In this document: positions 35,721-46,937 of the stretch, piece by piece
How the letters are laid out: the number at the start of each line of letters is the position of its first letter
Numbering within the stretch: the first letter of the stretch is position 1
DNA from: a virus
IMG/VR virus record: IMGVR_UViG_3300020183_000012
Span: 82,720 to 146,719 of that record
Direction: 5' to 3' (one strand)
Length of the DNA stretch: 64,000 nucleotides
The notes under the pieces: model-generated
The model's database searches: none
What the model saw: only the letters and a program-made list of their open reading frames with translations
What the model was told of the DNA's origin: nothing
Program-made: the position numbers and the translations under genes

Positions 35721-36401
35721 TTAACTTGAAATGTTTTTTCTTGTCTTTTGATTTATATAAGAATAAACCTCTAATATATCGTCATGGGCTGTAGTTATGT
35801 GCTCAAGCTCCCAGCCTTCTATTTTATCAGAATTTGATATTTTTTCTTTCATTTCTTCAAGCATTGGTATCATTTGATGTATTTTTTCCATCATCATACC
35901 TTGGTTCTGATTAAAGCAATCATCACATGATGAAGAAGCTTTTTTTGTTGCAGGATTAGACTTAATTATATTTATAGTGTCGGTATAGTTTTTATCGTAT
36001 CTCTGTTTTATAAATGCATTTAAATTATTAACTTGTTGAGGAGAGGCGATTCCAGATATTGCATTATTAAAAATTTCTATCATTTGACCGTTTATAAACT
36101 CAAGTTGCCCTCCAATGTTGTTTGGCAAATTGTTCATTGGAAGCGCTTCAAATATACCTTTATTAGCTTTTCCTAATGAGGTGATCATTGCAGCAATATC
36201 TTTAGCCCCAGCAATTCCAGAAGATGCAATCATATTTTTAAGTTGACTGGAATAGGCATTTAGTGTTTGCGAAACTTGCTGATTATTTGATTGATTTGCA
36301 CCTTGTGCATTTTGGGTATTTTGTTCGTACTGTGGTGCTGCGCCAGGAATTACTGCACCGAATCCTTGATTTTGCTGCGATGACTTAAACCAATTATGCA
36401 T
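35721..36401 (-). CDS. hypothetical, probable virion protein
   Basis: MHNWFKSSQ tag; W..EHITTA.DDI.EV motif. Confidence 0.75.
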   Translation of the reverse strand: MHNWFKSSQQNQGFGAVIPGAAPQYEQNTQNAQGANQSNNQQVSQTLNAYSSQLKNMIASSGIAGAKDIAAMITSLGKANKGIFEALPMNNLPNNIGGQLEFINGQMIEIFNNAISGIASPQQVNNLNAFIKQRYDKNYTDTINIIKSNPATKKASSSCDDCFNQNQGMMMEKIHQMIPMLEEMKEKISNSDKIEGWELEHITTAHDDILEVYSYINQKTRKNISS

Positions 36402-36442
36402 AATATATATGTATTATGTATAATATTTAAAAAACCTTTAAG

Positions 36443-36775
36443 CTATTCTTCTGGGTTTATTCTAAAATAAATGTCTTTTATTTTAGAATTAAGATATTCA
36501 TTTTGAAAATCTGCATCAATAGCATCTTCTATTGCAGAAAAAAGATCATCTAGTAAAGATGATGAATTTTTACTAAAATCAAATGTTTCGTTGACAAAAT
36601 TTTCCATTTGATCTGAATTTTGTATATTATTTGGATTTATATAAAATGGATAAATGTAGCTATTGGGACCGTTGAGACCATCTGGTATTTGCCAAATTTG
36701 ATCCCAATTTATGCCTTCTATTTTTTCTAAATTATGGCTATTCTCTTCTTTGTTTTCTTCGTTTTTGTCTTTCAT
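36443..36775 (-). CDS. acidic hypothetical protein
   Basis: ORF only. Confidence 0.6.
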   Translation of the reverse strand: MKDKNEENKEENSHNLEKIEGINWDQIWQIPDGLNGPNSYIYPFYINPNNIQNSDQMENFVNETFDFSKNSSSLLDDLFSAIEDAIDADFQNEYLNSKIKDIYFRINPEE

Positions 36776-36839
36776 ATATCTTATTTCGTCATAGGATAAT
36801 ATTTTTTTTAAGAGAATATACTCATATTAGGAGATTTAA

Positions 36840-38255
36840 ATGACACCAGAGTTATATGTACCAATTTCTTGTTTGCTAGACAAAAAAATATCCGATGAGA
36901 TAAACACTAAACTTGAGATTGTATATAAATTTGCACAAGACAACATGATATCTTTTAGTGAAGTTCCAGAATATATATCTGAAATTTTAAAAAATAAAAA
37001 ATATGCATCAGCTGGAATAAAATCAAGTCTTTCTAAATTACCTGATTTTATTTTCAAATTAGCTGATTTAAAAAACGATTCTTATTTCATAAAAACAGCT
37101 CAAGAAAAAGAACAAGAAGCTTCTAATGAATCTGATGGATCTGATTCCTGGACTAGAAGCTGGTGGGCAAGCGTTCTTGGTTTTATACCAGGAGTTGGCG
37201 GAGTAATAAGTTTAGTAAATATATATAAGTATAGTTATAAGGCATGCAAAAATGAAGGAGCTTTAAGTTGGAGCTGTGTAGAATTTGTCTTTGATATACT
37301 TGTTATATTACTTGATGCAGTGACAATAGCTGGAATTATGGGATCCGTTGGGACTGCCGGAGCATCAGGTGTTGGTGCAGCTGCAGCAATAGCAGCAGGA
37401 ACAGTTATAAAGGCCATGAGACCAGTATTAAAAGTTATTATGCTTGGTGAAAAAATAACTAGGCCAATAAGGTTAGCGCTAACTCAGTTTGGAAAAGGAT
37501 TTATTGCAATTTTAGAAGCAGTAGGAATAAAATCTTCAAAAGTTATTGCGTGGTTTGCTGCAAAAAAATCTACTCCAGGAGTTTTAGGTAGAATATTTAC
37601 AAAGCTAGAAAATATGTTTATATCATTTAAGGCAATAACAGTAAACATAATAAATAAATTGAAAAATGCAATAAAGGCAGAGAAAGATCTTTTAGATCCT
37701 TTTGCTTCTGCAACAGCAACAGGTCGGGGAAGGACGGCACGAAGGGCTGCCTATGCTGCAATAGTAAGCAGGGGCCAGTTGGGTTCAAGACAAATACTTC
37801 AGTGGTGTTCTTTCTTTAGACAAGGAAGTGGATGGATGTATACGTTTAATTTAAATGCATTAAGGTCTTTTGGAATATTAGGAAAAGCCGCAGAGTCACT
37901 TACAAATTGGTTTATGTCAGAAGGCGCTACCGACATAGAAAAAAGCGTTTCAGAAATGGAAAGCGAAGTTATGCAAAATCCTAATGCAATTGTTAGTGGT
38001 CAGCAAATGAAAGCAAGAATTAAATTAATAGTTGAAGAAAACTCTGAAAAACTAGTAGCAAGACTAAGAACTGAAGGCAAAAGCGAAGCAGAAATAGCCA
38101 AGATTAAGGAGGGATATGCAAGGTATATGGCCGAAATGCTTGAGGGTATCGCTGTTTCTGGAAGCGAGACTTCCGATGAATATACAGTACAAATGCCAGG
38201 TTATGGAAAAGATGCAACATTTGATAAAATGTCGATTCCAATCGGTCCTGGCTAA
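36840..38255 (+). CDS. hypothetical protein with hydrophobic Gly/Ala-rich region, probable virion/ejection protein
   Basis: AGGAG RBS; four KxA(Q/S/D) motifs in first 90 aa; GFIPGVGG and long G/A helix. Confidence 0.75.
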   Translation: MTPELYVPISCLLDKKISDEINTKLEIVYKFAQDNMISFSEVPEYISEILKNKKYASAGIKSSLSKLPDFIFKLADLKNDSYFIKTAQEKEQEASNESDGSDSWTRSWWASVLGFIPGVGGVISLVNIYKYSYKACKNEGALSWSCVEFVFDILVILLDAVTIAGIMGSVGTAGASGVGAAAAIAAGTVIKAMRPVLKVIMLGEKITRPIRLALTQFGKGFIAILEAVGIKSSKVIAWFAAKKSTPGVLGRIFTKLENMFISFKAITVNIINKLKNAIKAEKDLLDPFASATATGRGRTARRAAYAAIVSRGQLGSRQILQWCSFFRQGSGWMYTFNLNALRSFGILGKAAESLTNWFMSEGATDIEKSVSEMESEVMQNPNAIVSGQQMKARIKLIVEENSEKLVARLRTEGKSEAEIAKIKEGYARYMAEMLEGIAVSGSETSDEYTVQMPGYGKDATFDKMSIPIGPG

Positions 38256-38474
38256 TTAATTTGATTTTTCGCAGCCAAGTTGAGGATATTCAGTATAATC
38301 AGGAGGGACATCAAAATTTTCTTTTGATAATATCTCCATTCCTGGTTTTTGATTGTCTATAAAATCTTGAATTCTTTCCCATGCCCTGTATTGATTGTTG
38401 AAATTTCTCCAACAACCAGGGTTTCCGTATATTTTGTCAATTAAAATTTGTTGTAAATTTGGAAATTTAGACAT
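38256..38474 (-). CDS. hypothetical protein
   Basis: directly follows helicase. Confidence 0.6.
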   Translation of the reverse strand: MSKFPNLQQILIDKIYGNPGCWRNFNNQYRAWERIQDFIDNQKPGMEILSKENFDVPPDYTEYPQLGCEKSN

Positions 38475-38479
38475 TTTTA

Positions 38480-41461
38480 TTACCTTGATATTTTATACCA
38501 GTTTGTGTTTGTATTTAAGCTTGCTTTTTTCATTTCTTTGCCTATTTGCTCTACTTTCTGTTCCAGTTTTTCATCTATTTCTTCAAGTTTTGCCTGAAGT
38601 TCATTTTTTCTTTTGTCATTTTCAGTAACCTCAAATCGACCTTCAGATATTCTTTCTATTTGTTCTTCATCTAGCCTTTGTATCAACTCCATTATCATAA
38701 TTTTTTGCTTGACTATTTCATAAATATCTTCATCAGCTGTGCCTTTTGCTATCATATAATAAACGTTTACGTCTTCTTTACTATTAATTCTAAAAAATCT
38801 TCCTCTGGCCTGCTCGTCTTTTGCTGGACTCCAATCATAATCATTAAATATTACATCGGTTAGTATGTTTGGAAGATCTATTCCAGTTCCACCAGCTGCT
38901 ATATTTATGACAATTGCAAAATATTTACTATTTTCTGACTTAAAATCTTGAATTATAATGTCTCTATCTGCTTTTTCTTGGTTGCCTCTAATCTGAGCGA
39001 CATTTTTGTTCATGGGTGCTAGCAACTTTGTTAGACCATCAGTAATAATATCAGCAGATTCGTTAAACGACGTAAATATTGCAACCTTTTTGCCTTGATT
39101 TATGAAAAATTTTGCAAATTCGAGTGTTTTTGGTGCTTTTGCGGAAGCAAGTTCGACTCTAATTGCACTTTGTTCATTAAGGGTACTCCTTCCTCGGTAC
39201 GAACTCATGCGGGCGTTTATCTTAGCCATAAGCGTAGCCTTATCTAGATCAACATTTTTTTCTCCAACTGCAATATTTGGAAGATTTTCTTCCATCATTT
39301 TTTTAGTTCTTTGAATATATATTCTTTGAAGTATCAAAATTTGCCTTAATTTGTCTGCGTTGGCAAATTTTTCAGATGGATTTTTTGTTTTTGGATCAAA
39401 ATTGCCTTTAAAGCGACCGTGATCGAGTTTTCCAAGAGGATGATTTACAGCTCTAAGCTGATTATAGAGATCTACTGGCTTATTCGCTATAATTGTTGCA
39501 GACAAACCCCATACGTATGGTATGTGCTGCGTAATATCTTGACAATTAAAGGTTGTTTTGTTCTTTTTGTGGTCTCCAGCTGGGTCTCTTGAGGACGGAG
39601 AGCCATTTTTTATGGTGTGACATTCATCAAGGATACAAAGAGCTATCTTGCCATCCATTGCTTGTTTTTTTAGAAATTCGGTAACTTCTTTTGACCTACT
39701 GGAAACAGAAAGATCGTTATATGGAAGAACTTTCCACATGGCTGACTCATTATTAAAAGAGTTGGAAACTTGATTTTCAGGTAGCCCTGTAATGTCTATT
39801 ACATTTTTTGTGTATTGACTAACTACAGAGGGAAGAGTAAATACAAGACACTTTTTTCTAAATGAAGAACATACATTCGGATCGGTTAAATTTGCGTCAA
39901 ATGGTATGTTGTTCTCTCTCATGAGTCTTAATTGTGCGGCCATAATAGATTGAACAGTCTTGCCTGTTCCTGTTTCGTCGCCAAGAAGAGCGGAAGACCT
40001 GGAGTAAAGGAACTGGATACCGTGAACCTGCAGATCTTTAAGGGTAAACTGTTCTCCAGTTTTTATTTTGCTTATGTTTGATTCAAATTTTTCAAGTGCT
40101 GATCTAAATTGTTCCTTATTGTCAAAGCCATCTACGCTTCCCTCAAGTCTCTCTTGCTTTATTATGCCTTTTGAAACCAGAGAGGATACAATCCTCTTGA
40201 GTTCAGACGCATCAAACCCTCTACTCTCACAACATTGTATGAATCTTGCATAATCATTAAGGGAACCCCTGGTTGGTCTTTGGTATTTAAATCTTGTATC
40301 AGAGCTTTCACTCATATTGAGATACGTATGTATATCTGGATCAGTGTTGTTTATGTCACTAGTTGAATTCACAAAACAAAATCTAAGAGATTCATTGATA
40401 AATTTTCTTAATTCTTCTGGTTGAGATCTACTTAGATAGAAAATGCTTATAAGCCAGTTGTTATTTGTATCTGCAGATATGTCTTTGCAGGTTATTGACG
40501 TTCTTGAGTTTCCGTCTTCAAATATGGTACTTGCAGAAGATGCTTGATCAAAAGGATTGCGATCAAAACCAATTTTATCTGATTGATCTCCAAGCTGTTT
40601 TAATGTTTCTTTTGACGGAGAATACAAAATCCAGCATCTTTTGGCAGCATCAAAAGTTCTTCTGGATTTTACATTTCGTATAACATTAACCATTTCTGAA
40701 CTATACTCAAAGTAAATTTCATAATTATTGCCATCTCTTATTATTTTTACTTTTTTCTTGTCTGTATTCTTACTTTCAAATACACCTTCTCTTGTATCAG
40801 CTGCATCACTTGTTGTTTTTTGTGTTGAGACTGCAATATTTGCGTTTTCTGTATTGTAGTCAAGCGATTTTAGATAATTGAAGACTATGCCCTCAACAAG
40901 TGGATGTATTTCTATTATGTCTGGTTGGCTTCTTGGATAAAAAAGCTTCCAAACTTGAATTTTGTCACCTGAAAAGTAGGAAGAAAAATCTTGTCTTTGC
41001 TCAGGAGGCAAAGACATAATTTTTTCTGATATTTCTTTTATGATTTTTCTAATTTTGACTGGGTCTAGAGACGGAATTATGTATGTACTTCTTCCATATC
41101 CTCCAGTACCAATTTTTTTAATAGATTTTGTTTTAGAAAGTTCGTTTATATCTTTAAATTCTGGATTTGTTTCAGAAAACTGGTCATTAATTCTACTTTC
41201 TATTTGATCTAAATTTTCATTTTTTAGTTGAGTATTTTTATATCTTTTTAATATGTATAGTATGCCATATATTTCATCCCAAGTCAATGGATCACTTATT
41301 TGCATTCTATATACAGACCTAAGAAGCGGATTATCATAATCAAATTTATTAAATCCTGAATTGTCATATGTTGTTGGAGCTCCTTTTCCAAACATATTTT
41401 TTACAATTTCTATTATTTTAGAAACTTCTGCACTACTGTGTTTTGATTTATTGATAGACAT
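38480..41461 (-). CDS. SNF2/HARP-like SF2 helicase
   Basis: LGDETGTGKT, ILDECH, GLSAT, AGGTGIDL, WSPAKDEQARGRFFRI. Confidence 0.9.
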   Translation of the reverse strand: MSINKSKHSSAEVSKIIEIVKNMFGKGAPTTYDNSGFNKFDYDNPLLRSVYRMQISDPLTWDEIYGILYILKRYKNTQLKNENLDQIESRINDQFSETNPEFKDINELSKTKSIKKIGTGGYGRSTYIIPSLDPVKIRKIIKEISEKIMSLPPEQRQDFSSYFSGDKIQVWKLFYPRSQPDIIEIHPLVEGIVFNYLKSLDYNTENANIAVSTQKTTSDAADTREGVFESKNTDKKKVKIIRDGNNYEIYFEYSSEMVNVIRNVKSRRTFDAAKRCWILYSPSKETLKQLGDQSDKIGFDRNPFDQASSASTIFEDGNSRTSITCKDISADTNNNWLISIFYLSRSQPEELRKFINESLRFCFVNSTSDINNTDPDIHTYLNMSESSDTRFKYQRPTRGSLNDYARFIQCCESRGFDASELKRIVSSLVSKGIIKQERLEGSVDGFDNKEQFRSALEKFESNISKIKTGEQFTLKDLQVHGIQFLYSRSSALLGDETGTGKTVQSIMAAQLRLMRENNIPFDANLTDPNVCSSFRKKCLVFTLPSVVSQYTKNVIDITGLPENQVSNSFNNESAMWKVLPYNDLSVSSRSKEVTEFLKKQAMDGKIALCILDECHTIKNGSPSSRDPAGDHKKNKTTFNCQDITQHIPYVWGLSATIIANKPVDLYNQLRAVNHPLGKLDHGRFKGNFDPKTKNPSEKFANADKLRQILILQRIYIQRTKKMMEENLPNIAVGEKNVDLDKATLMAKINARMSSYRGRSTLNEQSAIRVELASAKAPKTLEFAKFFINQGKKVAIFTSFNESADIITDGLTKLLAPMNKNVAQIRGNQEKADRDIIIQDFKSENSKYFAIVINIAAGGTGIDLPNILTDVIFNDYDWSPAKDEQARGRFFRINSKEDVNVYYMIAKGTADEDIYEIVKQKIMIMELIQRLDEEQIERISEGRFEVTENDKRKNELQAKLEEIDEKLEQKVEQIGKEMKKASLNTNTNWYKISR

Positions 41462-41533
41462 TTTAAAAACAGTATTTATTGCTAGTATACAGGTTTATTT
41501 AAAAAAAACAAGAACTATCCTTTAGAGAAACTC

Positions 41534-41872
41534 ATGAACTTCAGCAATAACAAAGATTGTCACTTCTCATTTCATTACTCCATTAATACTATTGGAGATC
41601 CCAATCATTTAGATGAGTCTTTTATAGATATAAAAATATCTAAAATTGATTTTTCGCATAAAAATCACGTTTCTTTTTCAAGAAAAATAAGTATTGGGCC
41701 ATTTACTATGATAGAACAGGCCTATGAAGAGGGAACTATAGAAAATTTGATAAAATTAGCAATAGACAAATTTATGAATTCTGAAGAGTCTTTAAAAATG
41801 GTAAAATGCAACTTAGTTGAAATAATAAAAAATGGATTATATAAATATATTCATGACGAGGGTCTAATATGA
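41534..41872 (+). CDS. hypothetical protein
   Basis: ORF coupled (ATGA) to next gene. Confidence 0.65.
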   Translation: MNFSNNKDCHFSFHYSINTIGDPNHLDESFIDIKISKIDFSHKNHVSFSRKISIGPFTMIEQAYEEGTIENLIKLAIDKFMNSEESLKMVKCNLVEIIKNGLYKYIHDEGLI

Positions 41873-44319
41873 GCCACATAACTGTAACCTTATCGAATAC
41901 AACATATGATATAAATGAACAGTTTATAGAAAATGCAAAATCATGGTTTAATAGCAATGAAAAAAACATTCCAAATGTGTTTGGGAAAGTGACTATGGGT
42001 ATATTTGTTGGAAACATGCCACAGGGATCTTCGAAAGATCATGAATGTGATTTTGTAAGATCAAAAATAGAAGGACTTAAAAAACCATTTAACACTTTAG
42101 GGTGTGAATATTATGTAGATAAAGATAAAAATCAAAAATATGTACCAAGAAATCAAAATCCTTACTTTTTTGCTCCATTTGTAATAGAAGGAGGCAATAA
42201 TTTTTCTTTTGACCAATTAGATCAGGGCTTATACGGCGCTTTGGCTTACAGCGGTAATTTTAGAAGAATTTCATCTGGAGATGTGCAAAGTCACTTGCTA
42301 TATACTGTGCAAGTTCACGAAAATGTAGAAATGATTACCCCTAAAAGACCAAATAAAAGCACCATATTTAATTTTAGTGGCATGGCAAGCAGCCTGCCTT
42401 TTATACAACAAGCTAATAGAAAGGAAAGTATAGGGATGAAAAAAATATCAATATCTGAAGATCTTTATAAATCAAGGGGAGAAGAAATTGCAGGTGGACT
42501 TGACAGAATAGACAGAAATAAAAGAACAGGAAAAGAAAAAAGTACCTTTATTCCAGGTATTGCCATGCTATTTAGCAAGACAATCAGAGATCTTCCTCAA
42601 AAGGTAATAAACCCGATACTTGAAAGGTTCAATCAGAAGATGATGGAAGCTGGCATAACAACTATTGAAGCTCTTGATATGCCATTAATAGCGTTTCTTG
42701 GTAAAAATGATATATGGAACCTGGATGGAAGGGCAATTATTCCATTAGAAATAGAAAAAAAATCAAAAAAAGGTATTCAAGAAATTGAAATTACATATTT
42801 AGATCTTTCAACTATGCAAGTTGAAAAAAATGAAAGCCAAGAATTAAAAGACAGAGTTGAAAGAATTATAATAGAGCGTCAGGAAATGAAGCAGCTCAGA
42901 ATTAATGCTTTGATAAGAGATAGAAATGCTTTTATAGAAAAAATGCAAACTTCTTCTAGGCCATCGGCGGGTGGATTCCCTGCAATTATTTTCATGATGA
43001 ATAAACTTGACTCTTTGCTTAATTCTAGAGCATCTACATTAAAAATGCAGATAGCCTCAATGACAAAAAAATCAAGTAGTTTTGAGCAAAATCCATTGTT
43101 GTTAGAAATAGAGCAACAGTCAGAAGAGGAAATGACAAAACCTTTTGGCGAATCTGCTTTTTATACACATCCAGCTGACTATTTAAAATCAATATTAAGA
43201 GAAATGCACTACAAAGGCAAACTAGAACAAATAATGAAAATGCTTGAAAGCGGAGAACTTCAAAGGAAGTATAATCCAGAGAACGATCCAAGATTAAATG
43301 CTGTTTTTGATGCTCTTATGGAGTTTGGAAGACAATTAAGAGAAAGAAAAGAAGAAAAGAACAGAAAAGAAGATGAATCAAAACAGGAAAGAAAAGAAAG
43401 ATTTGATACTGGTGCTTTAGAACTTCCAGTATTAAGAGAAATACGAAAAATAGAAGAAATGAGTGTTGCAGACATGCCAATTGAGACTTCTGGCATATCT
43501 CCAGAGCTTTACAAATCAGAGGGCTCAAAAATGGTTGCTCCCTCAAGAGCTATGGAATATATAAGAATTAATCTTAGAGAGGTAGAGACAACAAAAGATA
43601 GACTTGCAGGCATAAGAATGATACTGGTGAGATTGAATGAAGACAAAAACATTAATGCTAGATATTTTAGAACGACAAATGGACAGAGAGATATACAAAA
43701 GATAAAATCCATGTTTGCTCAACTTCATGGATTTATAACAAGATATGTAAATTCTATGTATAAGGATGGAAAATTAGATAAAGCAAAGATAGGCTCTTCG
43801 GCAGATCCCATTGCAAACCTAAATATAGCGGAATATCTTTTGGTTTTGAATACAAAAGTAGGAGAATATATTAGGCAACTAAATGAAAACTCTGAAAATA
43901 GAACTGCCTCAAACTCTTATCCCATAAAATTTGCTCAAGATGCTGCAGCCGCCCCGCCACCACCAGCTGCGCCTCCTTTAGGAGGTATGCCAGGTATGCC
44001 AGGAGCAGGAGCAGGATCAAAAGCAGGAGACTTAAGAGGTCCTGATGAGTCGAAAATAAATGAAGAGATACATGATGATGCAAGTGAAATAGAAAAATTA
44101 AGAAAACATTTTGATAGTGCATATAAATCAGGTCACTCAATAGAAGATTCAGTGATATTGGCTATACAGGGTTCTGGATCAAGAAGAGCCCCTAGCCAAA
44201 TAGATGTTGCAATGGTGCCAGATGAGGATTATCCAGGTAGGGAGGCCCCTTTTGTCAGGGGAGTTTTTGGAATCGATCTTGGTCCAGTTCAGGATCAGCA
44301 GCCGCAAGTGCCACAGTAA
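41869..44319 (+). CDS. large hypothetical, probable virion protein
   Basis: 816 aa; RTAS...IKFAQD followed by P/G/M-rich linker. Confidence 0.8.
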   Translation: MSHITVTLSNTTYDINEQFIENAKSWFNSNEKNIPNVFGKVTMGIFVGNMPQGSSKDHECDFVRSKIEGLKKPFNTLGCEYYVDKDKNQKYVPRNQNPYFFAPFVIEGGNNFSFDQLDQGLYGALAYSGNFRRISSGDVQSHLLYTVQVHENVEMITPKRPNKSTIFNFSGMASSLPFIQQANRKESIGMKKISISEDLYKSRGEEIAGGLDRIDRNKRTGKEKSTFIPGIAMLFSKTIRDLPQKVINPILERFNQKMMEAGITTIEALDMPLIAFLGKNDIWNLDGRAIIPLEIEKKSKKGIQEIEITYLDLSTMQVEKNESQELKDRVERIIIERQEMKQLRINALIRDRNAFIEKMQTSSRPSAGGFPAIIFMMNKLDSLLNSRASTLKMQIASMTKKSSSFEQNPLLLEIEQQSEEEMTKPFGESAFYTHPADYLKSILREMHYKGKLEQIMKMLESGELQRKYNPENDPRLNAVFDALMEFGRQLRERKEEKNRKEDESKQERKERFDTGALELPVLREIRKIEEMSVADMPIETSGISPELYKSEGSKMVAPSRAMEYIRINLREVETTKDRLAGIRMILVRLNEDKNINARYFRTTNGQRDIQKIKSMFAQLHGFITRYVNSMYKDGKLDKAKIGSSADPIANLNIAEYLLVLNTKVGEYIRQLNENSENRTASNSYPIKFAQDAAAAPPPPAAPPLGGMPGMPGAGAGSKAGDLRGPDESKINEEIHDDASEIEKLRKHFDSAYKSGHSIEDSVILAIQGSGSRRAPSQIDVAMVPDEDYPGREAPFVRGVFGIDLGPVQDQQPQVPQ

Positions 44320-44323
44320 TAAA

Positions 44324-44962
44324 ATGCAAGAATATAGATTCCAATTTCAAAAAATACCCTATGGTTTTAATGAACTAGAAGGTCTTTTTTCAGAAAATGC
44401 AGTAAAACTACATCATTTAAAGCACGAATATGGATATTTTACAAAACTAAACAAACTTGTTGAAAAAAATGTTATATTTAAAAAAAGTTCACTTGAAGAA
44501 ATTGTTAGATATTTTAATCAGAATAAAAATGATGAAGAAAATGTCAGCATAAAAAATAATGCTTGTGGACTGTATAACCATCAAATATGGTGGAAAATGC
44601 TTACATCAAAAAAGAAGCATAAAAAGCCAAATTCAGATATTAAATCTATAATAGAAAAAAACTTTAACTCATTTGAAGAGTTTGAAGAAAAATTTAAGGA
44701 TTTGTCAAAAAATCTGTTTGGTTCTGGATGGGTTTGGATGGTATGTAAAAATGGAAAAATGTCTTTAGCTTCGTGTCAAAATCAAAATAATCCAATTTCT
44801 GAAGGACTGGGATATCCGTTATTGGGAATAGATGTATGGGAACATGCATTTTATGTAGATTATTTAAATAGAAAAAAAGAATATGTAAACAAATTTTTTG
44901 AATATATAAATTGGGACGAAATAACAAATAGATACTTTGAATCAGAAAAAAGTGCATTATGA
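44324..44962 (+). CDS. sod: Fe/Mn superoxide dismutase
   Basis: LHHLKH..Y, NHQIWW, FGSGWVW, NQ, DVWEHAFY. Confidence 0.92.
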   Translation: MQEYRFQFQKIPYGFNELEGLFSENAVKLHHLKHEYGYFTKLNKLVEKNVIFKKSSLEEIVRYFNQNKNDEENVSIKNNACGLYNHQIWWKMLTSKKKHKKPNSDIKSIIEKNFNSFEEFEEKFKDLSKNLFGSGWVWMVCKNGKMSLASCQNQNNPISEGLGYPLLGIDVWEHAFYVDYLNRKKEYVNKFFEYINWDEITNRYFESEKSAL

Positions 44963-45228
44963 ACTGGTATAAGAATCAACTAAATAAAATTGCAGATGAA
45001 TGTTTTTCGATAAGCATACCATCAAGTGCAAGAATAAAAAAAGATATAGATTCCATATTGGAAACTGAAATCACTATTAAAATTGCGTCAAAAATAAGAT
45101 CTATAATAAAAACAGCATCGAATGCTAAAAAGAATAAAGAAAAACACTTTTCTAAAATAGATGATATCGTTGACCCATCAATAAAAGATCAGGTCAAGGG
45201 CATAGCAAGGTCTTATCTTGGAATTTAA
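44959..45228 (+). CDS. hypothetical protein
   Basis: MNWYK tag and KIAD/KIAS/KTAS motifs. Confidence 0.75.
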   Translation: MNWYKNQLNKIADECFSISIPSSARIKKDIDSILETEITIKIASKIRSIIKTASNAKKNKEKHFSKIDDIVDPSIKDQVKGIARSYLGI

Positions 45229-46262
45229 AATACTTTTCTAAAAGTAACCCTGTTGGTGGCGCTTGAAAAATAACGAGAACTTGGGAATCCAAAGTATTCT
45301 TCATCATTTGATTCATATGTTCCATATGGAGGCGATTGTACTTGTCCACTTGGTATGTAAAAAGTAGGTTCTGGTATAATTATTTCAAACATAGAGGTTT
45401 CACCTGAAGAAATTTTCCATTTTGCTTCTATTCCAAATGCCTCATCTCTATCGCATTCTGGATTGGCAACCTTGTCACACTCTACAACTCCTACATTTAT
45501 AAGAGTATCAAAACCTCCAAAACCTTCTGGAATATTTTGTATAGGATAAGATCTTCTAAATTGAAATATGCTTTGACTGTCTATGTCTTCTGACGAACTG
45601 TTTTTAACAAAAATATAAAAAGTTTTTACTGAAACCCTGGAGTCAATTTTTTCAAAAGGTTTGACTCTTGCAGCAACAGTCCAGTTGGGATTAGGCGTGT
45701 CAAAATAAACTATATTTGTATTAATAATGTCGTCTGGTATTATTATGGCAGAATCATAATTGCTTTCATCCGTATTTCCCCAAAAAAAGCCTGTTTTTGG
45801 TGTTTTTAGCACTGGCGGATTTTTTGAGTTGTCAAAAAAACCATATCTGTAATAGTAGCCAGATGCAGTAAGATTCATAAATTTAGATATCAAATAAAGA
45901 TTTATAGTAGTCTGATTTATAGCATCTGTTTCTAAAAATTCTAAATAAAAAGATGAATAATTGTCAATGTCTAAATATAAATAATTTTCAAAATTTTCAA
46001 AACTTGGACTATTAAAATTTGGTATTTGTATCTCTTTAAAGTTGTAACCTCTATAAAATTTTTTATAAAAAACTGGAGAATCTAAGTCTCCTCTTGAAAA
46101 TTTTACATCAACTTTTGATCTTGATTTAGTTGATATTCCGGTTTCATTACCAATACCATCATAAATTCTTTCCTTTGGAAAAAGATCATTTAAGTCTCTC
46201 CCAAAATGGATTATATCTCCATATATACTATTTAATTTATTTGAAGATAGATCTTTGCTCAT
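45225..46262 (-). CDS. hypothetical, possible tail-associated protein
   Basis: N-terminus paralogous to ORF 46937 (LS......Y.D.IH.G...YDG.G.E..IS). Confidence 0.7.
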   Translation of the reverse strand: MSKDLSSNKLNSIYGDIIHFGRDLNDLFPKERIYDGIGNETGISTKSRSKVDVKFSRGDLDSPVFYKKFYRGYNFKEIQIPNFNSPSFENFENYLYLDIDNYSSFYLEFLETDAINQTTINLYLISKFMNLTASGYYYRYGFFDNSKNPPVLKTPKTGFFWGNTDESNYDSAIIIPDDIINTNIVYFDTPNPNWTVAARVKPFEKIDSRVSVKTFYIFVKNSSSEDIDSQSIFQFRRSYPIQNIPEGFGGFDTLINVGVVECDKVANPECDRDEAFGIEAKWKISSGETSMFEIIIPEPTFYIPSGQVQSPPYGTYESNDEEYFGFPSSRYFSSATNRVTFRKVF

Positions 46263-46265
46263 TTT

Positions 46266-46937
46266 TTAACCTGTAAGCATTCCTATATACTTTACATAGC
46301 AATGTTTTAGATCTTTTCCATCAATAAAAGCATCTATTTTGTATGTGTGAATAGAATTGCTTTCGGGCCACATTGCATTGTATTGAACGTCACTTGTGAT
46401 TTTTACTTGACTACTTGAAATAAATGATGTTAGTACTCTGGAAGTGGTAGGATTTATAATCATTAAATTTGTTTTATAGTGCATAAATTCATTTGCACCA
46501 AAATTTGATAAAAAAGATGGGTCATATGCAAAATTGATTTTTAACTCAAGATATTGAGTACCATCAAATCCAAAAGACCATCTATTTTCTGAATATGCAT
46601 CATAAGGATCTCCGTCTGGAACTATCTCAAATGGATCTGTAATAGATGGCAATATTATTAGATTTTCAGGTGAATTTATATTGAATGTAAAGTTTGATTT
46701 AGGATACGAAGCAATGTTAAATTTTTCATAAAACCCATTTATTACAGGAGTTTGTATAGAACCGCCATTGCAATTAATTGATAATTGATCTTGAGATACG
46801 CTTATTGGCAGTTCTTTACCAGAGCCGTCGTACAAGGGAGACAAGGTGTTTTTTACGCCTTGACCGGAATTTCCAATATGTATCAAATCTTTGTATGATT
46901 GAGATGGAGTTTGATTTGATAGGCTTTTAGAGCTCAT
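46266..46937 (-). CDS. hypothetical, possible tail-associated protein
   Basis: SLSNQTPSQSYKDLIHIG...YDGSG N-terminus. Confidence 0.7.
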   Translation of the reverse strand: MSSKSLSNQTPSQSYKDLIHIGNSGQGVKNTLSPLYDGSGKELPISVSQDQLSINCNGGSIQTPVINGFYEKFNIASYPKSNFTFNINSPENLIILPSITDPFEIVPDGDPYDAYSENRWSFGFDGTQYLELKINFAYDPSFLSNFGANEFMHYKTNLMIINPTTSRVLTSFISSSQVKITSDVQYNAMWPESNSIHTYKIDAFIDGKDLKHCYVKYIGMLTG